A stretch of 36,117 nt of DNA, from the IMG/VR virus record IMGVR_UViG_2563366924_000002, positions 1 to 36,117 of that record; one strand, written 5' to 3'. Under the pieces are notes generated by a model. It saw only the letters and a program-made list of their open reading frames with translations, had not been told where the DNA came from and ran no database searches. Of this stretch, positions 34,828-36,117 are shown piece by piece. Numbering within the stretch: position 1 is the stretch's first letter; every line of letters starts with the position of its first letter. Made by a program: the position numbers and the translations under genes. Origin of the DNA: a virus (taxonomy: Duplodnaviria; Heunggongvirae; Uroviricota; Caudoviricetes).

Positions 34828-35655
34828 ATGATTTATAGCACCGGAACTATCTCTATTAACGGAAATACCGCAACCGGCTCCGGTACAAACTGGACTGCAC
34901 CGGCCAGCCAGGTTCGCGCTGGCCAGACGATTATTGTCATGTCTAACCCGGTTCAGATGTTCCAGATTTCATCCGTGAATAGCGCCACGTCAATGACGGT
35001 AACGCCTGCTGCATCACCGGCGCTGAGCGGCCAGAAGTACGGCATTCTGGTATCAGACAATATCTCGGTTGATGGGCTGGCGCTGGCCATGTCGCAGCTT
35101 ATCAAGGAGTATGACGAGAATATTGGTGCGTGGGAGACGTTCGCCACAACCTCAGCCAACCAGAACATTACCGTTACGATCAATGGCACCAGTTTATCAA
35201 TCCCAGCTCTTGGGAAATTACTGCAGAAGGGGAGCAACGGAGCTTTGCCGGTTAATCAAGGTGGTACCGGCGCAACGAATGCCGCAGACGCTCGCACAAA
35301 CCTTGGTTTGGGAGAAGCGGCTAAAAGGAATGTAGGGACAGGGGCGAATCAGATACCTGATATGGGTAGCTTCACGCTTTCTGTTTCAGGTACTGGATAT
35401 CAAAAATTACCATCAGGTTTTATTCTTCAGTGGGGCTCAATCGGCGCACCAGGCATTGCACAGGATGTAGTAACCCATTTCCCGATTGCATTTCCAAACA
35501 GATGTCTGCGTGTTTTGGTCTCACAAGACTACACACCAGATAGCGGGGCTGTTGGTTATATTGCCTGTGTAGGTTTTAGTCCCGACCCGGTTAAATTTAT
35601 ATCCAGAGCCTGTATTCCTGGCCTCGGCGCTTCATTTTTAGCGTTAGGCTGTTAA
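34828..35655 (+). CDS. Tail fibre protein (short, 275 aa)
   Basis: Ser/Thr/Gly-rich; followed by a tail fibre assembly gene. Confidence 0.65.
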   Translation: MIYSTGTISINGNTATGSGTNWTAPASQVRAGQTIIVMSNPVQMFQISSVNSATSMTVTPAASPALSGQKYGILVSDNISVDGLALAMSQLIKEYDENIGAWETFATTSANQNITVTINGTSLSIPALGKLLQKGSNGALPVNQGGTGATNAADARTNLGLGEAAKRNVGTGANQIPDMGSFTLSVSGTGYQKLPSGFILQWGSIGAPGIAQDVVTHFPIAFPNRCLRVLVSQDYTPDSGAVGYIACVGFSPDPVKFISRACIPGLGASFLALGC

Positions 35656-35676
35656 TTTAGCTATATGGAGTGAAAA

Positions 35677-36117
35677 ATGAATTACATATATTCCGCGACT
35701 ACAAACTCTTTCTATCCGCTGGAGATGAAAGAGGATTACACTCAAGCTGACTCATGGCCAGATGATGCTGTTGAAGTTGATGAGCAAGTGTATATTGAGT
35801 TTTCCGGATTACCGCCGAAAGGAAAAATCCGTATCGCTGGAGAAAATGGTTTTCCTGCATGGTCTGAAATTCCACCACCAACACATGAGGAACAAATTGC
35901 TGCAGCCGAACTGGAAAAGCAGCAACTGATTAATCAGGCCAACGATTATATGAACAGTAAACAATGGCCTGGTAAAGCGGCTATTGGCCGGCTGAAAGGT
36001 GAGGAACTGGCGCAATATAATTTGTGGCTGGATTATCTGGACGCACTGGAACTGGTCGATACTTCCGGTGCGCCAGATATTGAATGGCCTACGCCTCCGG
36101 CAGTTCAGGCCAGATAA
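35677..36117 (+). CDS. tfa: Tail fibre assembly protein (Tfa-like chaperone)
   Basis: 146 aa; N-terminal region typical of Tfa-family chaperones; directly downstream of the tail fibre gene. Confidence 0.75.
   Translation: MNYIYSATTNSFYPLEMKEDYTQADSWPDDAVEVDEQVYIEFSGLPPKGKIRIAGENGFPAWSEIPPPTHEEQIAAAELEKQQLINQANDYMNSKQWPGKAAIGRLKGEELAQYNLWLDYLDALELVDTSGAPDIEWPTPPAVQAR

Larger units (their letters stand above)
1..36117. mobile_element. Lambdoid prophage segment (immunity, replication, nin, late regulation, lysis, packaging, head, tail, tail-fibre modules); integration/recombination end is outside the window
   Basis: Uninterrupted canonical lambdoid gene order read from the ORF translations; no integrase or att site seen inside the window. 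Confidence 0.9.

Noticed and set aside
1-36117. CRISPR arrays, rRNA or tRNA genes, integrase or attachment sites
   Set aside because: No spaced direct-repeat array, rRNA-like or tRNA-like sequence was seen; the integration module appears to lie outside the window.

Overview
This window is an almost complete lambdoid prophage of the enterobacterial type, with a mosaic of P22-like immunity and lysis genes, an HK97-like head and packaging module, and a lambda-like tail. All identifications come from reading the supplied translations and sequence against remembered lambda/P22/HK97 proteins; no database search was run. Reading left to right: antiterminator N on the minus strand with its leader, nutL boxB and OL/PL; a cI-linked two-gene cassette; cI, OR, a Cro-like regulator, nutR and cII; an O-like initiator with ori iterons inside the gene, and a DnaB-type helicase; a nin region (NinB, NinF, RusA, NinH, NinI phosphatase, NinG); a Q-position regulator with a late promoter and terminators; pinholin, SAR endolysin and Rz/Rz1; HNH endonuclease, a candidate cos region, small and large terminase; portal, protease and capsid; connector and tail genes through tape measure, M, L, K, I and J; then a decayed tail-fibre locus with a short tail fibre and Tfa. 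The integration and recombination module lies beyond the left edge. The best candidate for an undescribed system is the AT-rich, translationally coupled two-gene cassette directly downstream of cI, in the slot lambda uses for rexA/rexB: a 146-aa soluble protein plus a 118-aa coiled-coil protein with one C-terminal transmembrane helix. Other observations worth a second look are a secreted Cys-rich moron between the tail chaperone and tape measure genes, AT-rich cargo genes distal to N, DnaJ-type zinc-finger repeats in the Q-position protein, and a frameshifted secreted-protein gene next to a tail-fibre remnant.
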